DNA of 49,186 nt from a virus (taxonomy: Duplodnaviria > Caudoviricetes): IMG/VR virus record IMGVR_UViG_3300025875_000044, positions 1-49,186 of that record; one strand, 5' to 3'. The translations under genes and the position numbers were made by a program. The notes under the pieces were generated by a model. It saw only the letters and a program-made list of their open reading frames with translations, did no database searches and was not told where the DNA came from. Each line of letters begins with the position of its first letter. Within the stretch, counting starts at the first letter, position 1. Positions 1 to 8,807 of the stretch are shown here, one piece after another.

Positions 1-472
1 TGTTCGGCAGGTCGGCACCAGCGGTGATCACCGTGGCGCCGCCGACCGGACGATTCGGCGTGCGATCCGCAGGAACCTCGGGCGTGACCGGAGCGACCGG
101 CACGACCGGCACGACCGGCGGAGCGACAACCGCAGCCTCGACGGGAGCGACCGGTGCCGGAGCAGGGATCGGGGTCGGGGTCGGCGCGGGCGCGGGGTTG
201 ACCAGCGTGTCGCCGCGGAACTCGGCGAGACGGGCGGCCAGCTCAGCGCGCTTGGCAGCGTCGTCCTTGCGGCGAGAGAACTCGTTGCGAACGGCCGTGG
301 CGGCGTTGGCGAGCTCCTCGAGACGCTCGGTCGAGAAGGGCACCTCCTCAGCGGGCGCGCCCTCGGCCGGAGCCTGCGGGTCGAGCTCTGCCATGACCAA
401 GTCCCGCAATTCGTTAAGCTCGTCATCCGAGAGCGACGTAACGTTGCTCAGGAGTTCCTGGATGCGGTCCAT
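1..472 (-). CDS. Major capsid protein, N-terminal scaffold-like part (runs off the left edge)
   Basis: Own translation from ATG 472 with RBS GAAAGG: MDRIQELLSNVTSLSDDELNELR... coiled-coil, Pro/Ala/Val linker, then VITAGADLP; directly downstream of the protease gene. Confidence 0.75.
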   Translation of the reverse strand, partial: MDRIQELLSNVTSLSDDELNELRDLVMAELDPQAPAEGAPAEEVPFSTERLEELANAATAVRNEFSRRKDDAAKRAELAARLAEFRGDTLVNPAPAPTPTPIPAPAPVAPVEAAVVAPPVVPVVPVAPVTPEVPADRTPNRPVGGATVITAGADLPN

Positions 473-557
473 GTCTGTAGCCTTTCAGTAGCCGGAGGTT
501 TGTGTTAAGACAGTTCCGGCTCGGCTACGACGAGCGCTTCCTCGATACTGTAACAGG

Positions 558-699
558 CTACTGCGCTTGTGCAGCTTTACGAGCAGCCCAAGCTATTCGT
601 GCAGATTCGCTCATGCGTTGTCTAGCTTCAGCTGACGGTGTCGCACGTACAGCAGCCGCATCTGCAATCTTTTGCTTGGTAACGTTGGTTAGCCTACTA
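558..699 (-). pseudogene. NUMOD3-like homing-endonuclease DNA-binding fragment
   Basis: TKQKIADAA...SAEARQRMSESARIAWAARK lies between the protease stop and the capsid leader; no convincing start codon. Confidence 0.4.
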
Positions 700-2745
700 T
701 CAGATGGACTTGAGCGTCTCGATCGTCGCAATCGCCTCTGCACGAATACGCGCATCCCGCTCACTGATGAGCACGGTGACGTGATTCTGCAGCTCATCGA
801 GACGCGACTGCATCGACTCGTACTTCGCGGCGTGACCGACCATTCCAGCTGCAACCAGCGCGATGACCTCACCAGACGCGACGAGCGCACGCGGACGTGC
901 ATTCACCGGGAATCCGGCCACATTGACCTGGCAGCAGGCAACGAGATCGAGCTTGCCGTCACGCTTGCGCCAGTCGCCCGACGGCTCAGATGCACGGAAT
1001 GCACGAATCTGCTCGGGCGAGATGTCCGAACGCATTGCACCGCAGACAAAGACGCCGTACTTGCCGTCCTTGGCCCGAACATCTGCCACGGCGGAACGCG
1101 TGTCGTCATAGTGCTTGACAGACATGGCCGGATCCATGTCGAGTGATGCGTGTCCGCCGATGAGGGTGAGCTGCCCGACCTTGACGTCAGCGCCTTCCTG
1201 CGTCCGCAGCGGCTTACGGTTGAAGTAGCGGTATCCGCTGGGACTGTGCGGCGGCTTGAGCTTCGGATTCCCGAGGTGCGGCGTGCCCCACTCAGCGATG
1301 TGCCCGTACACGCGACCATCGTCATCGACAGTCAGCGGCGTCGGGCCATCAGGCTCCTCCATCTCGAACCACGAGGTCGGCGGGAACAGCGGACCGGCAG
1401 AAGCAACAATGGCAGGCACTTCACCCTCCTCAGGGACGATCTCGATGGTGGCCTCCTGGAAGGCTGGCTTAGCAACCAGAGTGGCAGCAACGAGCCGCCC
1501 GTGCTTGATGAGCATCGACTCGCCGCCATCATCATCGGTGGAGAGTTCGTGCTGGAACTTGTCCACGTCGCCGGAGACACCGGTCAGGAACCGCTCCTTG
1601 ACCTGGCGTGCCGCTTCCAGCGCGTCGGGGTGCGAGTCGAACACACCTTCCGCGTTGCCGAGACCGCCAGCTTCGAGACGCTCGACATGCATGATCTTAC
1701 CGACGATGACCGACTGCTTGTGGCCTTCATCGGTGATCTTCTGCCAGAGGAGCGGCATGGGCGGCTCCTTGAACTCGAGAGCATCCATGGCGAACTGACG
1801 ACGATCACCGCTGGGCACGCCCTCAGGAATCACGATCGGGATACGGAACTTGCGTCCCGTACCTGCACCGGCACCTTCCGGAACGATGACGTCAGGGTCA
1901 ACAGCGACAGCCGCCGCGACGATCGCAGTGATCTCGGCCAGAGCCGAACCAACGAGCGCCTCGAGCGTCTCGGGGTCGTCCACCGTCGGGAACGCATTCG
2001 CGTCCTCAGACGTGATATCAGCCGGTCCCCAGCTGCCCTCAGCACCGAACATCTCGACAGCATCGTCAGCACCAACCCGGTAGGTGATATTCGCGTCAGG
2101 ATCCCAGAAGTACGTCATGTCGGGCGAGAACTCCGCCGCGCCACTCGCAGTGATGGGTTCGGGCATGTCATTGCCTTCCGTCGATGTGTACGTGTCGAGA
2201 GGGTCCATGTTTGCAGCAGGATCCTCATCGACTGCAGGTGTTGCAACCCCGAGAGTAAATGCTTCATGCTCATTACCGACCGCTAGGACGATGTTCGTGA
2301 TAGGCCAGGGCGATTCACCGCCGGGTGGGATGCCTTCTGGACGTTCACCGCCATAGCGAATCGTCATGTGCGGCGTGAAATCGTGGTCCTCACGAGCAGG
2401 AACCGCAGCTTCAGACAGTCGCTGCACCACGTCGGTGCGAATTGCGGCAAGACCGGGTGCATCGACTGCGTACCAATACGGCTTCGGATCAGCCTCGAAT
2501 TCGCCGATCCCCTGCACCGTGCCTTCAGTAATATCCCAATGGGACGTCGCCTGTGCGACAGCCCGGCGCATCGCGTCGATCTGCTCGGGAGTGAACTCAT
2601 CCGTGGTTCCCAGGTACGCCAGGGTCACATGGAGTTGGTCCGCGGGTTCGTCGTCAGGACCTCCTCCTGCAAGGACTTGAGCGACATCTGATGGCGGGAA
2701 TACCGCCACCATGATGCCGTCTTCAGAACCGCCGTCACCAGCCAC
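700..2745 (-). CDS. 2H phosphoesterase (2'-5' RNA ligase/Acb1-like) fused to capsid maturation protease
   Basis: Two HxT motifs (LHVTLAYLG, FTPHMTI) in the N-terminal ~165 aa; protease-like core EGVPSGDRR...PLLWQ...H...VG...GVSGD...ATLVAKPAFQEA; C-terminal GRVYGHIAEW/SGDWR domain; lies between portal and capsid. Confidence 0.8.
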   Translation of the reverse strand: MAGDGGSEDGIMVAVFPPSDVAQVLAGGGPDDEPADQLHVTLAYLGTTDEFTPEQIDAMRRAVAQATSHWDITEGTVQGIGEFEADPKPYWYAVDAPGLAAIRTDVVQRLSEAAVPAREDHDFTPHMTIRYGGERPEGIPPGGESPWPITNIVLAVGNEHEAFTLGVATPAVDEDPAANMDPLDTYTSTEGNDMPEPITASGAAEFSPDMTYFWDPDANITYRVGADDAVEMFGAEGSWGPADITSEDANAFPTVDDPETLEALVGSALAEITAIVAAAVAVDPDVIVPEGAGAGTGRKFRIPIVIPEGVPSGDRRQFAMDALEFKEPPMPLLWQKITDEGHKQSVIVGKIMHVERLEAGGLGNAEGVFDSHPDALEAARQVKERFLTGVSGDVDKFQHELSTDDDGGESMLIKHGRLVAATLVAKPAFQEATIEIVPEEGEVPAIVASAGPLFPPTSWFEMEEPDGPTPLTVDDDGRVYGHIAEWGTPHLGNPKLKPPHSPSGYRYFNRKPLRTQEGADVKVGQLTLIGGHASLDMDPAMSVKHYDDTRSAVADVRAKDGKYGVFVCGAMRSDISPEQIRAFRASEPSGDWRKRDGKLDLVACCQVNVAGFPVNARPRALVASGEVIALVAAGMVGHAAKYESMQSRLDELQNHVTVLISERDARIRAEAIATIETLKSI

Positions 2746-2780
2746 GCGTCACCGCCCTTTCACGCTTGATCGTATCGCGC

Positions 2781-3155
2781 TTATGGTGCAGGTACAGACG
2801 TGCTGTCATTCTCTGCAGTTACCGCGTCGGCTTGAACGGTAAGAACTCGTACATTTGTGCCATTGACGGTACGAATCTCATCAGACCGTACATGAAATGA
2901 CAATCCACGCTGCAAAAGCAACTCACGTTCAGACGACCATTCTGGTGCTGCGTTGGGCAAATCTGCAAGACGCACTGCACAAGTGGTAGTTGCTGCTTGC
3001 TGCATCACAGGAGCTGTACTAAGATCACCTTGTCCGCTACGAAGCAAGTCGTTCGCCACATCACTACTAGACTGATATCCAGATGTAATGACAACTTCAT
3101 CGTCAGTAAGACTTAGATTTCGTGCCGCTACATCGTATGCATCGCTTCCGGTCAA
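2781..3155 (-). CDS. VIP2-like ADP-ribosyltransferase domain (orphan or N-truncated)
   Basis: GYQSSS (STS-like) and SERELLLQRGLSF (ExE) motifs; weak TTG start; AT-richer than neighbours. Confidence 0.6.
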   Translation of the reverse strand: MTGSDAYDVAARNLSLTDDEVVITSGYQSSSDVANDLLRSGQGDLSTAPVMQQAATTTCAVRLADLPNAAPEWSSERELLLQRGLSFHVRSDEIRTVNGTNVRVLTVQADAVTAENDSTSVPAP

Positions 3156-3174
3156 AACCCGCGTCGTCGCGGGC

Positions 3175-5895
3175 TCAGACTCGCGGGGTCTGCCCTCCGG
3201 GCGCGTCGTCGGGCTTCGTGCTGCCGCCGGGCACCATCTTCCGAACAGCCATCCAGCTGGAACCCAACATCAGTTCCTTGCCAGGCCAGGTGGTCGCACC
3301 CGGCGTGTAGCCGATGCGCGACACCTCCCATGGCGTGGGGAACTTCGTCGGGTTCGCAGCCATCCAGCGCTGCAGCTTGGCGAGCTCCTTTGTCACGTTG
3401 TCGTCCGGACCAAACATGCCTCGTGCACGGCGTGCCATGTAGGCAACGTGATCACGTGCTTCTACAGCCGTCTGGTAGTCGTATCCAGCGCTCGCCCACG
3501 CATAGCCACCTACATCGATGTTTGCATGGATGGTGATCTTTGGGACACCCTGCTGAATGAAGTAGTTCTCCTGCCGGCGGTAAACATCACGAGCGATGCC
3601 TTGTCCCTGCGCTTCATGGTCGAGACGCAAGTAGTCGTTGTGCACTTCAGTCGGGAAACCATCAGCATTAAAGTTGATGGTGCGGTTAATGGTGCCGACA
3701 GAGTTCCCGTCCTTGTCTCGAATGTTTCCCGCCAGGATGATCTTTCGTCCAGTGACGTACGACTCGCTAATGTCGATCCGGTGACCAGCGTTGCCGACCG
3801 TACCTTCAGGACCGCCGTTATACATCTTTGTGAACTGACGTGCGATCTGACGCATGTCATTGCCATTCACCGGAAGCTCCCGGTTGTCACGTACAATCTT
3901 TGCGAGATCAGGGCCGTCTGCAGCCGCAATCTCCTGTGCACGCGGACCCCAAGCAGCCCACGTCTCCGGGTCCTTCGAGCCAGCGGTCGTGCCGAGAGCA
4001 GATGCCGATGGCGTAGACGGACGCTCTTCACGGACCGGTACCGGCGGGGGTGTCGCCGGGTCGATCGTTGTACGCACGCGATCAGCAGAGACAACCGTCT
4101 GTCCACCACCGGGTCCTGCCAAATCAACTACGATCATCGGGCGGAATCGGCCCCGTACATCACGCTGATTGCGGATCTCGCTGACTGTACCGACGGTCGC
4201 TGCGTTGTTCCATTCAACGTGTGAACCAACCTCGATCGGATCGCCATCCATGGTAAGAGGAGGCTCCTCAACCGGCGGCGGAGTGTTCGCCACGCGCGTC
4301 GCGTCATCAACACGCTGTGCCGGTGAGCTGCGCGGAGGTATGATCGCAGGAGTTGGTACCGTCGGACCGGTGCTCGGCGTGACACCGGTGCGAGTCAGCG
4401 CATCAGTGCGAACAAGAACTGCAGCACCTCCGCCGTCCGGCTGAACGATCGCAAGACCGCCCGACTCTATGGTCACAGTACCAGTCACCGGGTCACCGTC
4501 CGCGTCGGGTCCCGTACGTCCAGTCACATGCTGTCCAGCAACAATCCCTTCACCGGGTCCACTACCGACAGGGATGTCTTCTACATTCTGAACAGGTGAC
4601 AGATGCCGTGTGGGAATGACACGATTCTTGCCGTCCGTTGTGTCAGTGACCGTGGCGTACCCGTTGTCATCACGAAGCACAATGCCGGTGTGATCACCCC
4701 AGAACATCACCTGATCACCGGGCTGAGGACGTACAGAAGCCGGAGTAGACGTTGCGGTAGTCGGAGCAGTCGGAGCAGTTGATGCGTCCGCAGGCAGACC
4801 ATCGGCATGCGCCACACGGTTGAAACGCGCCGACCGGTTGCGGCCCTCTTCATCCCTGAAGATGACGATGCCAGTTCCAGTACGAACCGACGTGATCGTG
4901 CCTGTTCGGCCATTGGCCGTGATCACGTCGCCCACGTTGAGCGGACGGCCGTTGCTGGCGACAGGCGCGTCAGTCGAGGATGCCGGCGCCGATGTTGGCA
5001 CAGGCTTGTCAGACAGTCCACGAACCTGCTCGATCAGTGAGGCGAATCGACGGTCGAGCGCGCGATGGCGACGACGTTCATCAGCCGGGGTGTATGAGTC
5101 TGCAGCGTTGTCCTCATGGATGCTACGCTGTGCCTCAAGATTGCTGATCGTCTTGGCCTTGTCATGCACTGTGATGCGGCCATTCGCCACGGTGAAGCCT
5201 GAGTCTTCACCGTCCATCTCGACAACTTCGCCCGCGTACTCGACTTCACGAGCAAAGTCAGCGTCACGCAGGGGAAGAGGACGCCCAATAGGCGTCGGTG
5301 CCAGCGCTGGTGTCGGTGTCCCGGGGACATTGGCAGGTGCCGCGGGGTTTGCGGCAGGCGCAGGAGGCTGGTGCTGCTCTGTGATGGACGGCTCCGGTGA
5401 CGCGTCTGCAGCGGGGGCGTCGATGTGCTGGACACGGCCTGTAGCCGCCGTGTGAGAGCGCCCCGTCTCCGGGCTGTCGTACACGACGAAGTCCGCGCCG
5501 TTGCGACCAGCACCAACACGGACAGCCGTCACCGTTCCGGTGCGACCACCTGCAGTGATGCGGTCTCCGACGGCCAGGGGTCGTCCGCTGGCAGAAAGCG
5601 GACCGGACGCTCCGGGTGCTGTACTGGTGGGCGCGTTGCGGGTTCCCGGCGCCCCGGGGGGCGTGTTGGTCGCGGGTGCCGAAGTGACGCTGACCTGGCG
5701 GCTGGGAACACGCACACGTGAACCATCAGCACGCTCCACATCTACCAGGGTGGTTCCTGCCGGACCCGGGTGGGCTCCGTACGCGTTGCCGACTGATCCG
5801 TCCGGAAGCTGAACGAGACCGTTCTTCTCGATGAAGCGACCCTTGCGGTCACGGGGGTGCAGCGCATCGTTCCACTTGCCTACCGTGTTCGCCAC
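3175..5895 (-). CDS. Large multidomain head-associated protein: HPRD motif, SH3/KOW-like repeats, C-terminal GNAT acetyltransferase
   Basis: WNDALHPRDRKGRF N-terminus; repeats such as GRPLAVGDRITAGGRTGTV and GRPLNVGDVITANGRTGTI; GNAT motif A LDHEAQGQGIAR followed by ANIDVGGYAWASAGY. Confidence 0.75.
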   Translation of the reverse strand: MANTVGKWNDALHPRDRKGRFIEKNGLVQLPDGSVGNAYGAHPGPAGTTLVDVERADGSRVRVPSRQVSVTSAPATNTPPGAPGTRNAPTSTAPGASGPLSASGRPLAVGDRITAGGRTGTVTAVRVGAGRNGADFVVYDSPETGRSHTAATGRVQHIDAPAADASPEPSITEQHQPPAPAANPAAPANVPGTPTPALAPTPIGRPLPLRDADFAREVEYAGEVVEMDGEDSGFTVANGRITVHDKAKTISNLEAQRSIHEDNAADSYTPADERRRHRALDRRFASLIEQVRGLSDKPVPTSAPASSTDAPVASNGRPLNVGDVITANGRTGTITSVRTGTGIVIFRDEEGRNRSARFNRVAHADGLPADASTAPTAPTTATSTPASVRPQPGDQVMFWGDHTGIVLRDDNGYATVTDTTDGKNRVIPTRHLSPVQNVEDIPVGSGPGEGIVAGQHVTGRTGPDADGDPVTGTVTIESGGLAIVQPDGGGAAVLVRTDALTRTGVTPSTGPTVPTPAIIPPRSSPAQRVDDATRVANTPPPVEEPPLTMDGDPIEVGSHVEWNNAATVGTVSEIRNQRDVRGRFRPMIVVDLAGPGGGQTVVSADRVRTTIDPATPPPVPVREERPSTPSASALGTTAGSKDPETWAAWGPRAQEIAAADGPDLAKIVRDNRELPVNGNDMRQIARQFTKMYNGGPEGTVGNAGHRIDISESYVTGRKIILAGNIRDKDGNSVGTINRTINFNADGFPTEVHNDYLRLDHEAQGQGIARDVYRRQENYFIQQGVPKITIHANIDVGGYAWASAGYDYQTAVEARDHVAYMARRARGMFGPDDNVTKELAKLQRWMAANPTKFPTPWEVSRIGYTPGATTWPGKELMLGSSWMAVRKMVPGGSTKPDDAPGGQTPRV

Positions 5896-5911
5896 AAGGC
5901 TGCTCCGTTAC

Positions 5912-6160
5912 TCAGGTCGTGCTGGGCGGACTGCTCTCTTCCGCAACGCCTTCGGCACCAGCATAGCTCGCTTCGCCTACCGTTTCGGCAAGCTCCTGCT
6001 GCAGTGCCGCGTCTTCGCTCATGTCGAGGTACCACAGGTTCGCGTCACCACTGTCGGGACGCGCATCGGGATCGTACACAGCGTTGGGAAGATGCTTGCC
6101 TTCCCACTCGTAGTGCGCATCCGCGACTCGTGCGAGAAACTGCTCGCGTGTCTCAGTCAT
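5912..6160 (-). CDS. Small acidic hypothetical protein
   Basis: ATG 6160 with RBS GAAAGGAAG; 82 aa. Confidence 0.7.
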   Translation of the reverse strand: MTETREQFLARVADAHYEWEGKHLPNAVYDPDARPDSGDANLWYLDMSEDAALQQELAETVGEASYAGAEGVAEESSPPSTT

Positions 6161-6220
6161 CGTCCACTTCCTTTCGGGTTGTTGAGCCAATATTAACACA
6201 TGTATGTGTTTAGGCTTGAC

Positions 6221-8770
6221 TCAGCCCGCTGAAGCAGCTATCGGAACACCGGATGTGTTTCCGCGCTCAGGCGCGTTCACCATCTCAGGGTCGAGAACCT
6301 CAGGCAGCCAGTCGCAACGACACCCGCCGTGATCACCCGGGTAGTAGTGGGTGACGTACGGCCAGCCATCGGGTTCAACTGCCGCGAGCTCTTGGCCCTG
6401 CCAGGACTCGAAGATGGTGTCGTCCAACTTCACGTGCGGCTCGAAACTGTTGTCCGAGATGCCATAGACCCAACGGTACCGATCGCCAAGTTCCCAGCCG
6501 GTGGCCTCGAGAATCGACGTGCTCAACACTGCACGACCCGAATCCTTGGGCTCCGAGCGCGGACCGACAGCTCCGGCCGGAGCGTCCATGTGCGATCCGC
6601 CGCCCGCCAGGGTTGCGGCATCGCGCACGATCTCCATCGGAACATAGTTTCCGTCGGACTTCGGCTTGTTGAGGAATCGTCGCGTGAGGGTTACGAGCTG
6701 CCCGACGAGCCAGTCCCAAGAACGTTGCACGTTGTCCGATTGCATGGCCTTTCCGGCGTCCAGCACATGGCCACCAAGAGTTCGCCAACCCGTGTCCTGG
6801 GCCCTGGTCACCAGATCAAAGAAGCCCTGTCGCGCGTTCTCAATCGTGTCTCTAACGAGCTTGTCTTCATCCAGCGCGAACGTCGTGCGACGATCAACGG
6901 GAATGTACGAGAATACATGCTCTGACGGAACATCCATGACCAGCGACTTCAGCTCGCTGTCGCCGCGGATCTTCGACACCGTGCGGGCACCTGCTCGCTC
7001 GAGCGAGCGCTTGACGACATCATTGAGATGAACCGATAGCGACTCGCGCAACCGACGATCGGCTTCAAGCGCGTGCTCGAGACGTCGTGTACGATCACGC
7101 ACGATCGGGCTGTCACCGATTGCAGTCGTGGTTGCCAGCGACTCTAGCAGTTCCAGGATGCGCTGCTGGTCAAGTCGCTCGCTCGCAACCTGCAGAACAT
7201 CGCCTTCACCCTCACGAGGAGGCAAACTGCCTTCCGGCGGGGGCGGCGGATTCGTCGGACCCGTTGTCGGTGTTGGCGGTGCAGCTACATGATCCGGCCG
7301 CGGATCAGGTCCCGGCGTGCCGCCGCCTGCGGGCGGAAGTGACGTCATACTTGATGCTGCCTGCTGCTGCGCCATACGTTCAATCTCGCCGACCAGGTCG
7401 GGTGACAGAACACGAAGCATATCGATGAGCATCGTCGGTGTCGGCTGCCCAGCAAGCGATGCGCGACGAACGATCTCGGCAGGCCGTGGCGCGTCAGCGT
7501 CACTGAATCCGTGCACACGACGCCAGGTGGACCCGGAAAGCAGCATTTTGTCGTATCCAACATCTGCAGCATCCGACTTGTCTGCACGCGTGACAATCGC
7601 GCTAGGGTCGTACCAGACGACGACCTTGTTCACGAGCTCCGGATCAAATCCGCGTGCGATAAGCGCAGGACGCAGGAACACCGTAGTGAGTGCCTCACAA
7701 ATGAGGACCAGCATCGGCTCGATGTACGACGTGAGGAAGTCTTCAGAGATGGTCTGCACGTTGGAGTAACGAACACCCGACATGCTCGTAATGAGATCTG
7801 AGGGAAGCTCAATGCCATTAAGAACGCGCTCGAGCGTCTGCTTGTACCGCTCGACCAACACTGGGTCGAATTCACGTGACAGCTGGACGTGAACGATACC
7901 ATCTCTGTACTGGTACGGACCACGGATAAGAAGCGGCATGACCTCGGAGGGACTGTCCGTCTCACCGATCGGCTCTGTCAACGACAGCTCGAGCTCTTCC
8001 TCGAACGGATCGGTGTCGGGGTCTGTATTATCGCCAGCAGGGTCAGAAGACTTCTGGAAGCGAAGTTCGTCAGGAACGTACAGCAATCCAGCAGAAAGAC
8101 TCGACTTGACGCTGGCTCGAATCAACCGCGAGATAAGCAACAGATCATTACAATCTGCAAGAATGCCGTGAAGTGCCGCATCTGCGTCTTCAGAGTACTC
8201 AGGATGCGTTCGCCAGATGCGCGCAACAGTCGCGTCTTCAGGCAAGTAGTGATTCTGAGAGTTTGTACCACCGCGACGTGATGTTACCAGACGAACACGT
8301 CCATCAGCCTCGAAACGAAGTTCAGAGACAGAACGAATTGACCATGTGCCGGAGTGCTCAACAAGATAGCACTCGCCAGCCACGAGCAGATTCAGGCATA
8401 ACGCACGAATGAGGTTGGGCTGCCCGCCACGACCTCGACTCAGCTTGGACAGCTCGTACCGTGCAGCCGTGACAAATGTGCGACTAATCTCACCGACGTC
8501 GCCAATCGGGGCAGGCGTATCTGCGTCATTCTCAAAGCCAACAAACAAGCGAGCGCGCGATGCTACCGACGCATAGTAGTTGTACCCCGTCTTGATCTCA
8601 GCGATCTGGCGGTAGTATCCCCATGACAACGTTTGCGTCTGGTCGATTCCACGTTCACGCTGATTCTGCACTTCTTCACGTCGCTCGATGTTGACACGAC
8701 GTGCGGCACCCACGATCGCATTCGGATTGCCCGAAGGATCAGATTCTCGTGAACGCTTCAACGGAGCCAT
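6221..8770 (-). CDS. Portal protein fused to MuF-like minor capsid domain
   Basis: Follows terminase; portal-like N-terminus (NLLVAGECYLV, RIWRTHP, AGLLYVP, WYDPS); C-terminal PGDHGGCRC MuF-type motif. Confidence 0.85.
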   Translation of the reverse strand: MAPLKRSRESDPSGNPNAIVGAARRVNIERREEVQNQRERGIDQTQTLSWGYYRQIAEIKTGYNYYASVASRARLFVGFENDADTPAPIGDVGEISRTFVTAARYELSKLSRGRGGQPNLIRALCLNLLVAGECYLVEHSGTWSIRSVSELRFEADGRVRLVTSRRGGTNSQNHYLPEDATVARIWRTHPEYSEDADAALHGILADCNDLLLISRLIRASVKSSLSAGLLYVPDELRFQKSSDPAGDNTDPDTDPFEEELELSLTEPIGETDSPSEVMPLLIRGPYQYRDGIVHVQLSREFDPVLVERYKQTLERVLNGIELPSDLITSMSGVRYSNVQTISEDFLTSYIEPMLVLICEALTTVFLRPALIARGFDPELVNKVVVWYDPSAIVTRADKSDAADVGYDKMLLSGSTWRRVHGFSDADAPRPAEIVRRASLAGQPTPTMLIDMLRVLSPDLVGEIERMAQQQAASSMTSLPPAGGGTPGPDPRPDHVAAPPTPTTGPTNPPPPPEGSLPPREGEGDVLQVASERLDQQRILELLESLATTTAIGDSPIVRDRTRRLEHALEADRRLRESLSVHLNDVVKRSLERAGARTVSKIRGDSELKSLVMDVPSEHVFSYIPVDRRTTFALDEDKLVRDTIENARQGFFDLVTRAQDTGWRTLGGHVLDAGKAMQSDNVQRSWDWLVGQLVTLTRRFLNKPKSDGNYVPMEIVRDAATLAGGGSHMDAPAGAVGPRSEPKDSGRAVLSTSILEATGWELGDRYRWVYGISDNSFEPHVKLDDTIFESWQGQELAAVEPDGWPYVTHYYPGDHGGCRCDWLPEVLDPEMVNAPERGNTSGVPIAASAG

Positions 8771-8807
8771 CCCCCTCATCGTACAACAAGCATGTCATCG
8801 TGAGATC

